Of a stretch of DNA of 64,000 nucleotides, positions 1-13,777 are shown piece after piece (within the stretch, counting starts at the first letter, position 1; each line of letters begins with the position of its first letter). The position numbers and the translations under genes were made by a program. The stretch comes from Octopus vulgaris (lineage: Eukaryota): NCBI GenBank assembly GCA_951406725.2, contig OX597817.1, forward strand, positions 131,564,001-131,628,000, given 5' to 3'. The notes under the pieces were generated by a model, which did not search any database, had not been told where the DNA came from, and saw nothing but the letters and a program-made list of their open reading frames with translations.

Positions 1-126
1 ATTATTTTTGTATTTCCTCCGAAATAAACTTAATTGCTTATTACTCCAACACTTTAAAGCATAAAAGGGTTTTCTGGGCACGTAGCTGTGTGTCTATATT
101 TATCTAGATATGTCTGTATAGGAGAC

Positions 127-129
<3 letters not shown>

Positions 130-198
<69 letters not shown>

Positions 199-280
199 TG
201 TGTGTGTGTGTGTGTAACTCTTTGCCTTTTTCTTAGTTTGTATCTTTGCACATACACACACACCCACATACACATGCATA

Positions 281-319
<39 letters not shown>

Positions 320-401
320 GCATACATTTATATACATACATATATAGATGCATATATATGTATATTTATATCTATAACTATATCTGTCTATCTATCCATC
401 C

Positions 402-471
<70 letters not shown>

Positions 472-542
472 ATATATATATATATATATGCAAATACAAA
501 TACATATATACATATATATATATATACATATATATATATGCG

Positions 543-580
<38 letters not shown>

Positions 581-660
581 TATATGCATATATATGCATA
601 CATATATATAATTGTGTGTGTTTTTATTTGTTTATGTGAGTGTGTGTATGTGTGTGTGTT
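130..660. repeat. Compound microsatellite block (TG)n/(GA)n/(TA)n/(TATC)n
   Basis: Directly visible; the overlapping ORFs are only repeat translations. Confidence 0.97.
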
Positions 661-1002
661 TGTGTGTGTATGTGTCTGTGTATGTCTGTCTGCATACGCA
701 TGTTTCTGTATGCGTGTATATAAAAGAAAGAAGGAATGAAAGAAAGTGTGGAAAAAAAAAGAACCGTTATATAGAGCAAGCTACTATTAATCGACACGAA
801 CTCTCCGGACAACCCAATACATTCCATGCAGAACTGGTTCGAATTCTTCACTAAAACATTTCCCTTTTGTATTTTAATAGCGGCTGAGTGGGAAAGTTTA
901 TACAACGAGTAAAAACAAATTATTGTAACTCATTCTAAATCTGCACATCATGGTATTTACTTGTGAGGATCACATATCTGAATTTGATACATTTGAATGC
1001 GC

Positions 1003-1443
<441 letters not shown>

Positions 1444-1620
1444 TATAATAAATTTCAGGGCCCCTTCAATGCATATTTGCATTCGTAAATATTTCCCTTC
1501 CGGTCTTGCTGTTATAATGACAAACGTGTATAAACTGATATGGTACACAGCACTTTTTATTCTATTGAGTTACCTTGAAATATTTATCATTGTTGTTTAA
1601 AACAATCTTAATTTTTGCCG

Positions 1621-2051
1621 ACTGGTACTTATTTAATCGACCCCGAAAGGATGAAAGGCAAAGTCGATCTCGGCGGAATTTGAACTCAGAACGTAGCGGC
1701 AGACGAAATTCCTATTTCTTTATTACCCACAAGGGGCTACACAGAGGGGACAAACAAGGACAGACATAGGTATTAAGTCGATTACATCGACCCCAGTGCG
1801 TAACTGGTACTTAATTTATCGACCCCGAAAGGATGAAAGGCAAAGTCGACCTCGGCGGAATTTGAACTCACAACGTAACGCAGACGAAATACCGCTAAAC
1901 ATTTCGCCCGGCGTGCTAACGTTTCTTCCAGCTCGCCGCCTTCTTTAAGGCAAAGTCGACCTCGGCGGAATTTGAACTCAGAACGTAGCGGCAGACGAAA
2001 TACGGCTTAGCATTTCGCCCGGCGCGCTAACGTGTCTGCCAGCTCGCCGCC
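1621..2051 (-). mobile_element. Composite of three SINE family A segments
   Basis: Reverse complement gives head GGCGGCGAGCTGG, B-box GAGTTCAAATTCC and tail ..GCCCCTTGTGGGTAATAAAGAAATAG; junctions near 1712 and 1945. Confidence 0.9.
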
Positions 2052-2522
2052 GTCAGCCACGCGTATATATAATAAGCGCAGTATCGTTGAATGATTAAGA
2101 ATTTTGTTTCATAGTTATCAGTCCTGGTTTCGATTCCAGTTTTGCCTCTTGGTCAAATGTCATTTTCTATTGATTCGGATCGATCCATGTTTTGGAGTGA
2201 AGTTGTGAATGTGAATACACAGAAACTTATGGAAGCATCTCGAACTGATTCTACGTATAACGCTAAGGTCCAACCGTATCGCCGTGTCGTCATTGTTATC
2301 AACTGAGAATTCCAGGAAGGGTGTACATGTGTGTGGGATACGCGATCACTTTAGATGGTGTTAATTCATTGAGTCTGGTAGTTAGTTGGTGAAGCAAATG
2401 CGCGCTTGTGGTCGGGTTATTCGGAAACGCCTACATCAACACAAAACACAATACAAAACAGCTTCATCATACAACAAAAGCAAAGCAAAACACTCTCTCT
2501 CTCTCTCATACACACACACACA

Positions 2523-2571
<49 letters not shown>

Positions 2572-2789
2572 ACACACACACACAATGATCAAAACAATAC
2601 AAAACACATACACTGTAAGAAACAAAAAATGTTGATGGAATAGATTTCAAAGGTATATACATATACAAAGGCAAATTCATAGTCATACACGACTAGTCGG
2701 AGGAACAGAACGCATGTTTTTCCACAGAAATATGATAAGTGACACTTCTTACTTTCTGCCTTTCATACGGCATGAGTTTACTCAAAAGG

Positions 2790-4800
2790 TATAACAAAAA
2801 TGCACGTGGTCAATGTTCTTCTCGAAGCAACGACTTCAGATCACTAGAATTAGTTGTGTTCGCCATCAGAGAGACCAACCTTTCCATGCTACGAGCCTTC
2901 GTGCCCTCTTCGATGAAACGGGAAGCGGAGTCGCTGTGTTGCATCAGAAACGTTTATATCGCACAATACGGAACCCATAAAGTAAGGCTATGGAGCTGAA
3001 TGTGACTGGTACGAGGACCATACTTTCCGATTGGTAGCCATATATGCATCGACATAGGCAGAGTAGCCAGATTTCTTTAGGCATCCAGAATCTTTCCTCG
3101 GAACATCCTCTCTTTATTGCTAATAAGACATTTGGATTCACATTAGGACTGCGTGACACTAGTCGATAGGAGAGTGGGGTGCAAATGCCTCAGAAGCCTG
3201 CTCAGACATTGGATTCCCTGCATGCACCAATGTGGACATGGACAAACCGCAGATCACATATAGACAAAGTATTCTGCAGACCAGTGGACAGGGATAGCGA
3301 ATTTGTGGTTTGTACGGTCGACCGAGATATACTTCACAGGCAGGAATCCGGTTACTGGATACTGAACATATTTTTCCAGAGCGCATATTTTACGCGGACC
3401 GAAATAGCGAATTAGTTGAACGAATTTTGAAGGGGTGGGGGGTAATTGTCAACAACAGATCATAGTTCTCCCTAACATCAGCGATTAGAACAGAATTGAT
3501 AACGTTTCGTAGGGGCGTGGCGGTTAAGAAAAACAAATGAGAAGAAGTCTAAGCTAGAAACCTAGACGAGATGTTTATGAAAAACTACACAGCGACGTAC
3601 TCGACAGGAGGAGTACCGAATCAAAGATTGAATTGTAACTGACACTTAAGAATTATACATGCTCCTTCGATGGGCCTTCACCATTTCTGTACAGCAAATT
3701 TCCTTCACAATGCTTTTGCCTACACAAGCCTTATGGTAGAAAACATTTGCACAATGTTCCACACTGTGGGGGAAAAAGAACCCTGATACTACAGCCACAC
3801 CTATACCCATATTAGACATATATTCAATAGTAAAAATAAATAAACGAATATGTAATAGATAAATAAAAAAATGGGTTTCTTATTAAGTTACTATATTTGC
3901 TAAACACCGGCAAGCATTGCTAGTCGCTACCAAAGCAGTTGTTTGTATTTTGAGGGCTTCCTCATCCTAATAAAGAATCACATCTAGACAAAGTATTCTG
4001 TTGGCTAGTGGACAGGGATTGTCGACGAAAGAGCTTCTTAACTACCCCGTCTATGGCCGCATCTGTTGGACTGATATTGCTAACAGATATAGAGACAATG
4101 TGGAGAGCCTCTCGTTGGCTCACCATGACCCATCGACAATGAAGTAATGAAAAAAAACAGATGGGAAATCTTTTACATCGATATCTCCTGACAATCTGTG
4201 GAACTGGAAGCAGCATATAAAAGAGACTATTTTGTCGTCAAACTAGGGGCTTCATTGTAAAGAATATGGAAAATGTGATATCATCGAAAGGGAGTAAAAT
4301 GTATGTGATTAATAAATGAACAGCTTTGAAGCCCAGCTATCGTTTAGAACTGAATATAAACTTATGCTAAATCTAAGGGACATAACTATAGTAAGGGAAA
4401 TAATTCGGTTCAAGGGAGACAACTAAGTGAAAAAGTTAATGTTGACTAAGTTGTTGAAAATATTGTATCGGGTTTTGTCTATTCTTAATAATTGAATTCC
4501 ACTCAATCAATCTTTCAATGAAAGGAAGGGAATGCAATGATTGAAAGCAGGTAAGTAAGTTTCTACAATTCAATATAATTAAGATGATTTAAACTTGCCA
4601 AAAGTTATAGCGAACGCTGGAAGTTGATACAAATAATATAGGTTTGAAGAGTGTCAGCTTCCCATCCGGCTAACTCGCATTAATTTTTTTTCAAATATCA
4701 TTTGAAGAGGAAAACGAGGATAGAGAAGGAGATGTTACCTTCTAGTATGTTTGTCGAAAGGTGGATGAGAGTGGCAAGAATGGAAAGGCTGAATGGATCG
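2790..4800 (+). pseudogene. Heavily decayed, deleted L1/Tx1-like ORF2 remnants
   Basis: 3225-3370 (APMWTWTNR..HIDKV, GGTTACTGG) aligns by eye with 60757-60945; NARG and AIRET endonuclease remnants near 2800-2880; a putative C-terminal piece lies at 4685-4800. Confidence 0.6.
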
Positions 4801-4850
4801 ATTCAGCGAATCATTTTCTAAGTAAGAAGAAACTCGAAGATTATTATTTA

Positions 4851-4987
4851 GGCGGTAAGCTGGCAGATTCGAAAGCAAATCGGACGAAATGTTTTCAAAA
4901 ATTCTGCCGCAGTCAGCTTTGCATATCATCCTTTCGGAGCCGATAAAATAAAATGCAAATCAAGAACTGGGGTAGATGCAATCAACC
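4851..4987 (+). mobile_element. Diverged SINE family A copy
   Basis: GGCGGTAAGCTGGCAG head and CATCCTTTCGG..CGATAAAATAA body. Confidence 0.7.
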
Positions 4988-5119
4988 AGCTAAGTCTTAT
5001 TACTTAATGGTGGTGCTTAAGGTTCTACTGCCTTTTCGACAGAGACATTTGCCTTTTATTAGTTTCGTATCTTAAGTTGTTAATATCTAACAGGTGTGAT
5101 ATTGTTTTAAAAAACGGAT

Positions 5120-5372
5120 TTGGTCATGAATGACCATGGAATTGCACCTAGAAAGTTCCCTTCCGACGCACAAGTCCGGTCAAGGTTGTTTATGGAAGAT
5201 CAGCAGTCGCCCATGCATACGGGCCTCCCCTCTCCACGCCACCGATGTTATCCAAGGGAAAAGCAAAGGTCCGATACAGCTTGGCACCAGTGATGTCGCA
5301 ACTCATTTTTATAGCTGAGTTAACTGGAGTAACGGGAAATAGTGTCCTGCGCAAAAACACAACACACAACCG
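5120..5372 (-). mobile_element. SINE (family C-related body) with probable RTE-type 3' part
   Basis: Body homologous to 48085-48140 (CAGCTGAGT..ACTGGAG.AACG.GAAAT.AAGTGTC); the RTE origin of the tail is inferred. Confidence 0.55.
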
Positions 5373-5566
5373 ACGCTCTAACCACTGGGATATTGTCTTA
5401 CCACCACAGAAATGGAAAACCCTAAACAACTGCGCTGCATAAATAAAACCCTCAACAAACTGGGAAAAACAAATAAGTTTCGTACTGCGCGACACTTTTT
5501 AGAAAGCACAGAGATTGAAAACCGATATAAAAGCCATTCGGGGGAGGATTACGTCCTATGTTTGTG

Positions 5567-5772
5567 GAGGAACATAGGTTAGTGGTTAGGATGTTGGACT
5601 CGTGATGGTAGTTGCGATTCGTGGATCGGGAGATGTCTTGTGTTCTTTGAAAAACACTTCATTTTACGTCGCTCCAGTCCACTCAACTAGTATTAATAGG
5701 TAACCCGGGTACGGATCGGTGTCCGGCCCAGGTGGGGAATAGATGCATCAAAGAAACCAAGAAACCAACCAT
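5567..5772 (+). mobile_element. Old tRNA-derived SINE (family C-related)
   Basis: TAGTGGTTAGG A-box head and AAAACACTTCATTTTACG body as at 50438; a similar decayed copy lies at 41674-41885. Confidence 0.6.
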
Positions 5773-5834
5773 GTGCTCCTAATAGAGTAATGTGGACTAA
5801 CTTCGTCATATCTACATTGATCTCTACTCAGAAA

Positions 5835-6026
5835 TATTGGATTTGTTGTGAAGGTAGATTCTTTAGTCGTACAGAAAAGAAACCTCACTCGATGTTCAGG
5901 GGTGTTGGAGTAGCTGCGAATGAGAGAAAAGATGTTGCCAGAAAATTGTCGGAAGCTGTTGAGAGCTCAAACCGTTATACATGGCTTAAGAGAAAGAACG
6001 AGCAGTACAGCAACATAAAGCGTTGA
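5835..6026 (+). pseudogene. C-terminal fragment of an RLE non-LTR retrotransposon (HERO/NeSL-like)
   Basis: SMFRGVGVAANERKDVARKLSEAVESSNRYTWLKR resembles the LG..G.ERK..R.L.EAAE..S.W.W.KR end of this group. Confidence 0.5.
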
Positions 6027-6960
6027 ATGTTCTTCATACCACCAGTTTGCCATCACTCCTTCCTTCCTTATTCATCGATCAACCCTTCCTTTCTCATTCT
6101 TGTGACGGTGAAAAACACAAGAGTTTTATTATAGAAGTTATATTATTGTAAGAATAAGGCGGCGAGCTGGCAGAAATGTTATCATGCCAGGCGAAATGCT
6201 TAGCGTTATTTCTTCTGTCTTTACGTTCTGATTTCAAATTCGGGTGTCTTTCGACTAAGGACGAATTAAATTAACCTGGCGTGTGTGAAAGTAAAGCCTT
6301 ACGGCAGGGACATAAGAGATGAAAGTCATGGGAAGGAATATAAATGTTGTACGGATGGTTCTTTCTTGGTTCAGCTATCATCCTCTCGGAGCGCCTGATG
6401 AGAAAGTGGGAATGTTCTACATGATCGATCGATCTTCTAGAAATATCTGCCAAATCTCCAACGAGCAAATAACAGCGCATTAGAAAAGGACATTGATTGA
6501 TGTATGTACTGGATTCCTCGCATATCGATAAAAGAGGGTATGGTCACGGATGGAATGATTTTTAATACTAAGTTTGGTCTATAGGTGTGCTGACCAGTAG
6601 TCAATCCAAGTCGAGAACACAAGCAACAAGAACAGAAAACAAGAACAAAACCACAACCACCACCACCATCACAACAACAACAACAAGAACAAAAACAACA
6701 ACAACACCTACTTCACCACCACCATCAACAACAACAGCAACAACAATATCGACAACAGTAACAAGGACATGATCACGACGACTACCACCACCATCACCTC
6801 TACCGCCTCTACTGCCAGCAACAATAACGACAATAACAACATCAATATCAATGGCAAGAGTATCACTTCCAGCATCAGCGCCGCCACCACCACCACTATT
6901 AACAACAACAACAGCAACAAGGTAACCGTTTCTGTGAAAGATTGCAAATGTGAAAGGTAG

Positions 6961-7350
6961 GCGCAGGAGCGGTTGTGTGGTAAGATGTTTGCTTCCCAAC
7001 CACATGGTTCCAGGTTCAGTCCCACTGCATGGAGCCTTGAACAAGTATCTTCTACATTAGCCTCAGGCCGACCAAGGCTTTGTGAGTGAATTTGTTAGAA
7101 GGAAACATATATAAAAATATATATTTGCGAATGCGTGTGTATGTGTGTGTCTGTGCGTCTGTATTTGTCGCCAACTACTGCTTGGCAACCGACGTTGGGT
7201 TTGTTACGTCGCGTGAGAGACCGATAGGATTAGGTTTAAGAAAACACACAAGTACTGGGCTTGATTCATTTGATTAAAATTCTTCAAGGTGGTACCGTTG
7301 CATGGCCGCAGTCTAATGAGTGAAACAAGTACAAAGATAAAAGTAAAAGT
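6961..7350 (+). mobile_element. SINE family B, full length
   Basis: Head GGCGCAGGAGCGGTTGTGTGG through tail TGAAACAAGTA..AAAAG. Confidence 0.88.
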
Positions 7351-7603
7351 AGTTTGACTGGACATAAATGAACGACGACAACCCATACGCGTACATTTAT
7401 ATACACGAGGAATAAGATATGATAGAAACTAGTATAGCCGTGTCGTCAAAAATGCCGACGGTTTTTATGATGATAGGAAACGACATCAAAAGAATGGGAG
7501 AAACCGTTGGTAGATGTTCACAATCGAGTCAATACAAATACATATATAGAAATGAAGCGCTTGAACAATTAGATACATTTGAAACGTCTCGGCTGAAAAT
7601 ATT

Positions 7604-7834
7604 TATTTCTTTATTGCCCACAGGGGGGTAAACATAGAGGGGACGAACAAGGAAAGACAAATGGTTTAAGTCGATTACATCGACCCCAGTGCGTAACTGG
7701 TACTTATTTAATCGACCCCGAAAAGATGAACGGCAAAGTCGACCTCGGTGAAGTTTGAATTCAGAACGTAACAGCAGACGAAACACCATTAAGCATTTCT
7801 CCCGGCGTGCTAACGATTCTGCCAGCTCGCCGCC
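7604..7834 (-). mobile_element. SINE family A, full length, tail type 1
   Basis: Reverse complement matches 48202-48432. Confidence 0.92.
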
Positions 7835-8000
7835 CGTGTAATATATATGCGTACCTTCGTTTTGGGATCACCAATACTTTATTATCTCCCCTTCTTTCAG
7901 TCTCTTCTGTCAAACGCTTTTTTATTTCCTAATCAGTCGCCATGCCTGACCGCTAAATCCAGTTTTTTTTTTATTCTCCCTCTTTTTATTTTCTCTTATT

Positions 8001-8040
8001 CCTTTCTGCTGAGGAGCATAGGCTTGAAACGTAACAGACT
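8001..8040 (+). ncRNA. Decayed minimal hammerhead-like motif in a Penelope-type terminal repeat
   Basis: CUUU-CUGCUGA-G-GAGC-AUAG-GCUU-GAAA-CG-UA-ACAG; core A6 is mutated; the downstream sequence recurs at 29040-29142. Confidence 0.4.
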
Positions 8041-8133
8041 TTTTCCCTTTCCCGAGCGTGAAACTAATACACCTGCTTGTTGTTCATACACTGTCTTTCG
8101 TTTTTTGCTTTTCTATAAATTTCAACTATATGC

Positions 8134-8174
<41 letters not shown>

Positions 8175-8250
8175 CGCGCGTGTGTGTGTATCTTGTGTGT
8201 GCCTGTGTGTGTTTGTGTGTTTGTGTGTATATGATGTATATATATATATG

Positions 8251-8289
<39 letters not shown>

Positions 8290-8679
8290 AAACATCCGCT
8301 TTTCCATGCTCGCATGGATGAGACGTGTTCCCGTCGCCAACCCCCACCTGCTTCCAAGTAAGGTAATACTTCACCATGCCCAGACATGATTACGTGGAAG
8401 ATTGAAGACAAAGAACACCTCTTGTATGACAGTCGCACTTGTTTATAGCCACTCCATACGCGCGCGCGCACACACACACATATATGCATATGAAGCTGAT
8501 CGATGGTGTAACCATGATGTTCTGGCTCATTGATTTGTGAATATACAATTGTATTGTGTAATTCAGTGCATATATTTCAATGCAGCCATATTATCGTAAT
8601 TTGTTGAACACGGAAATTAATATTATCATAATTTGTTGAACACGAAAAGTCCGTAATATATTTATTCCATTTTTATTCC

Positions 8680-9140
8680 TTGGTTCGACTACTACCCGTG
8701 CAACATCTATATTCGTCCCTATACTTGTCATCTCTTATGTCCCTGACGTAAGGCTTTACTTTCACACACGCCAACTTAATTTAATTCAACCTTAGTCAAA
8801 AGACACTTGTTGTTAATGTCATGTTATTTGCATTTGTGTACCATCTCCCCATTTTTTTCCCGTCCTTGTTTTCGTATACATTCGCTGCTTTCTTCCAAGG
8901 AATCTAATGCTCTTAGCTTAGTTTTTCCTTGGGGCTGGTCAGATTAGAGCAATCTCGAGGATAACCAGCCGAAATTGCAAAGATAATCTCGAACTCGACT
9001 GAAGAAAGAAAACTCCAAATGACCCGTCCTTCTTTTGTATCGTCTGTCTGGATGTTTTGTTGTCTGGATGTTTTGTTGTCCCTTTTTTGTATTATCTAAC
9101 TGTCTGGATGTTTTGCGTTCTTGTCCCACTTTTGGTATTC

Positions 9141-9143
<3 letters not shown>
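8680..9143 (+). mobile_element. (TA)n-anchored repeat, possibly Penelope-derived
   Basis: GGCTGG..CCAGCC-GAAA hairpin, CTGAAGA remnant near 8999, three TGTCTGGATGTTTTG copies, ends in (TA)n. Confidence 0.35.
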
Positions 9144-9208
<65 letters not shown>

Positions 9209-9600
9209 TTGCAGTTATACAAAAATGTCGAAGGTCCAGAAAGTTACTTTTTCAGAAAACGAAAAAATAGTTTCACCATTCCTTTCCTTTTTACATTAGC
9301 AACAGTTTCAGCTAAACAATAATACTTTGTTGGGGGCATAAAATCGTAACTCCATGCATGTACGATATTTTCAGTCGGAAATGTTTTTGCAAAAACTGTC
9401 GTATGTGGGACTTATTACACTTTTGAAAAATGCTAAGCCGTTGTACTACACTTTGACAATTTTTAATATCTTGGCATCTGAAGCAGCTGGAGATATGATA
9501 GTTTGACCAAAAGAACCGGGTATTGCAAGCAAAATTAGATATTGAATCACAAAACGCATTTGGCCAAATTTAGACATATGAAAGTTTAACATAATAACAG

Positions 9601-9668
<68 letters not shown>

Positions 9669-9786
9669 TCATACACATGCACACACACATTATGTATATA
9701 ATGAAAGTTATGTCTCTCATCTATTTTGCAGCTTTTCCTCCTCTGTGAACATAAATGTTCAAAATCCCAACATTTACTTCTATCTA

Positions 9787-9789
<3 letters not shown>

Positions 9790-9849
<60 letters not shown>

Positions 9850-9869
9850 CAATCTATCTATCTATCTAG

Positions 9870-9952
<83 letters not shown>
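9790..9952. repeat. (TATC)n directly followed by (GATA)n (inverted microsatellite)
   Basis: Polarity switches at about 9868. Confidence 0.95.
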
Positions 9953-9954
<2 letters not shown>

Positions 9955-11072
9955 TTGGGTCATCCCATAAATAATTCGGTTTTTACATACTGTTATTTTT
10001 TTGAAATTAAGATAAACAAAGTTCTTTTTAAATCTAGAATATACTCTCCTTCCTTTTCAGCAATGCTCTTCCATCTATCTGGTAGAATTAAAAGATCCCT
10101 CTTCCAAAATTCAATTGTCTGTGACGAAAAATACTCCTCCGCTACTGCTCTGACCTCGTCTACAGAATTCATGTTTTTGCCGTCCAAATCTTCTAATGGA
10201 TGAACACTGTTCGTCTTGAAACCAAAGATGTTCGTTGACTTAAGCCGCTCCAGCTGCTGGCAGATCTCCTTTGTTATCATTTGGTTTGGGTTGAAAAGTT
10301 CAAAGTGGACTAAACTTTTCATACCCCTCCATACAGATAACAACACCTTATGTGGGTGAAGACCTTCTTTAGCCTGAGGTGCCGGTGTATCTCCTTTCCT
10401 TACCCACTCTCTTCAACGCTTGACATTTTTATAGAGAACCCATTTCTCGTCACCAGTCTCTATTCTGTCCAAAAAGGATTCATTCGTGCGGCGTGACAAA
10501 AAAGATGAGTACACGTTCTCTCTCTGCGCGCGATTAGACTCGGAAAGTTTGTGAGAAACCCGTTGATCCAATTTGCTGACTTTTCCGATGGCAAGCAGGT
10601 GTCGATGAATGGTTGAATGACCAAATCCAGTTCCTTAACAGTTATGATGGGATTTAGTTCTACTAGGGTTTGTAGGACGTTCTCGTCGAGGTCTACAGAA
10701 CTTCCAGGACGAGACTCGTCTTCTTGGATGTAGTTTCCGGCTCGGAATTTCTGGAACAACCGTTGACACCAGCTTATTCTTATTGTCCGATCCCCGTATA
10801 CTGCATTAATATTCCTCGCACTTTCCGTTGCGTTGTTACTTTATTGAACTCATAAAACAAAATATGCTCCTTTGTCACTTTCATTATAGCTTTGAAAAAA
10901 TAACTATTAATATCAAAGTGCATTCTTCAAAGCTTGCACAAAGAATAAGGACAAGGTAAAATTACTGTCTGCTTTTATAGCAAGTTGATGCAGGTAGTTT
11001 ATCCCACTCCCTCTCCAACTTTTAGTTCATGCAAATGAAAAAAACCCCCGCATTATTTATAGGATGACCCAA
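9955..11072 (-). mobile_element. Mariner DNA transposon, internally deleted, transposase pseudogene at about 10030-10884
   Basis: TIRs TTGGGTCATCCCATAAATAA / TTATTTATAGGATGACCCAA, left TA; motifs RVSHKL (WVPHEL-like), TGDEKWVLYKN, MLLSVW and LPDRW..EGEY; frameshifts present. Confidence 0.93.
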
Positions 11073-11116
11073 TTGATAAATAGATAGATAAACAGATAGA
11101 TAGATAGGTAGATTGT

Positions 11117-11159
<43 letters not shown>

Positions 11160-11507
11160 TAGATAGATAGATAGATAGATTGGTATGTTCTTAGGTAGGT
11201 AGGTAGATTGGGTGGCAGATAGGTAGGTAGGTAGGTAGGTAGGTAGGCAGGCAAGTAGGTTGGTAGATAGATATTGACATACATATCTATAAACATACAC
11301 GCATACATGGGTGTATGTGCGTCTGTGTATGCGAGTAGGAATGATTGCATGTAAATAAACGTGTGAAATGAGTGGTTGAGAGAAGGTGAAGGAGTAAAAA
11401 TATCCGAAGCGTTATTGAATTTCTCACGCTACGATTTTATTACGTGGATATGAAAATCACATGACTCCGATATCATGTGATTTTTTTAACAGCATCCTTC
11501 TTTCCAT

Positions 11508-11603
11508 TAACCTGAAGATTGACTGTAACCATAACTCGAATTATTAATTGAATTTAAATTATTGTTATTCGAATTGGTACAGCCATGAAACGATCGTAGA
11601 GTT
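11508..11603 (+). ncRNA. Type I hammerhead-like motif with long stem II
   Basis: CUGAAGA at 11512, stem UGACUGUAACCA/UGGUACAGCCA plus UCGAAU/AUUCGA, GAAA-CGAUCG-UA at 11587-11598; stem I is weak. Confidence 0.6.
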
Positions 11604-11974
11604 TTACTCTTTATCTTTTATTAAACTTTTAATACTTTTGATATTTAAAAAATATATAAAGAGAAAAAAAATTAATTAATTAATAAATGAAATAATATAT
11701 AAATATAAAAATATACATACATATATATATATATATATATTTGTATGTATATATAAAATTTATAAGTTTAAATTACTTAAATAATTTTTTATTTTTAACT
11801 TCTATATTTCTAAATTAATTTTATGTATTGGCTTATGTTTATCACTGTTTGATTTGCCTAATAGTGGTTTTATCTCTAATTTAATATAATATGATATAAT
11901 GTATGTATACTATAAAATTGGATTTAATCCTAAATCTAATTTTTCCCTCTAAGTTTGGATGTATTCCCTAATGT

Positions 11975-12017
<43 letters not shown>

Positions 12018-12021
<4 letters not shown>

Positions 12022-12572
12022 AGGTCACTTTCGAGTGCTACTGGTAACATGTAACCCAGTACAACCTGTTGCATGGTCGGGTCGCTGGCGACTAAACCGG
12101 CAACTCCACCAAGTTTGCTTGGCGAGGAGGGTGTTTATTGGACACCCTGGGGGATGAAAAACAAAACCCGTCAAAGGGCAGAGGAACTCTTGAGAGTCAA
12201 CGGCCATCCAATAAATGTCTTAAGGCTGTATCATGCGCGGGGACATAGAAATAATCGGACTGAATACCGATCGCGCGGTTAAACCATTGGGAGTGAAAGA
12301 CTCCCAGCCTTTGTTAGGGCATCTTTCTAGGAGAAGGTAACTCAAGTAACTGGGATAACTCCGACATAAAACCTGCGACTCAGTGGTTACCGATGATGTT
12401 GACTTGTTCTTCTTTTTGGATTATGGCTGCTGTTGCTTTGTGAGTGGGATTGACTCAATGCACAGCCTTTCCTCACTTAAAAAAAAAATCTTCTTGCACA
12501 GGCATTGCACGATAACAACATTGATTAAGCTTCGTGCAATGGCCATACTCGTTAACGAGGGGGCAGCCACCA
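12018..12572 (+). mobile_element. Non-coding dispersed repeat of about 555 bp inserted in (TA)n
   Basis: End-to-end reverse-complement homolog at 63396-63927; both copies are flanked by TA repeats; strand assignment is arbitrary. Confidence 0.9.
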
Positions 12573-12945
12573 TATATATATATATATATACGGAACAATC
12601 TTACTTAGAAATGGATGCGTGCGTTCCGTCATATAATAAATTAATAAATAAAATAAAACATATGCAGATATGGCGGTGCCCCTGCATGGCCAAAGCTCGT
12701 GAGCTGAAACTAGATAAAATAATATACATACATATATGTACTTACCTACCTCTACATGTATATATACATGCATATATGGGTACAAGACACCAAAAAAACG
12801 TCGAACACAATAAGAAACGAAAACATGAATACAAAACCAAGGAAATGGACATTTTTCTTAAACAACGAAATAATAGAGTACAGGACATATAATACAAGGA
12901 AAATTCCCCTTCTTCAATCACCTTTGTTTCATATACTCATAAGTT

Positions 12946-12999
<54 letters not shown>

Positions 13000-13710
13000 T
13001 ATATTCTTTTCCAAGGGTTTTGCTTGTTTGGACTGTTTAATAAAAGTGTGAATCATTCATGCTGTGATCGATTTGTGATATTTAACTAACGAAGGCGGTT
13101 TTGGATTTCATTGAAAAAAGATATCACCAGAAGAAAAAAAAATAGAAATAGACAAAAAGCAACGATCAGGATGGTGATGTTGACGATGAGGATGACGAAG
13201 ACGGCGATGATGACGATTGCAATAACACCACCACCAACAACAATTATTAACCTATACAAATTGCAGAAGCTTCCATTGCAGGATTTCTGTGGTGTCCCCG
13301 TTCGCTGTCATTCCTTCAGACATGACATACAGTCATATATTCACATGTGAACGCCTACACCACACACACAGAGACCCCCCCACACACGAACATATATATA
13401 TATATATATATATATACAAACGTAGACACACACACACACATATATGTGCGTGTGTATATATTCATTTATATGCGTTCATATATATATACATACATAAAAA
13501 TACGTATATATACATATGAATAATATAAGTATATGTATATATACACACACATATACATACACACATAAATGTATACGTACAAATATATATATATACATAT
13601 ATATAATTATGTATATATTACTATGTGTATAACATATGTATGTGTGTGTGTGTGTGTGTATGTACATACATGTATTCATATGTTTATAAAAGTGTGCCTA
13701 TATATGTGTG

Positions 13711-13777
<67 letters not shown>

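Noticed and set aside
12065-12155. HDV-like ribozyme
   Set aside because: A P3/L3-like AAC-UCCACCAA-GUU exists, but no P1 or P2 partner could be built by eye
13253-13354. Minus-strand coding exon
   Set aside because: AG/GT boundaries are plausible but all three frames contain stops
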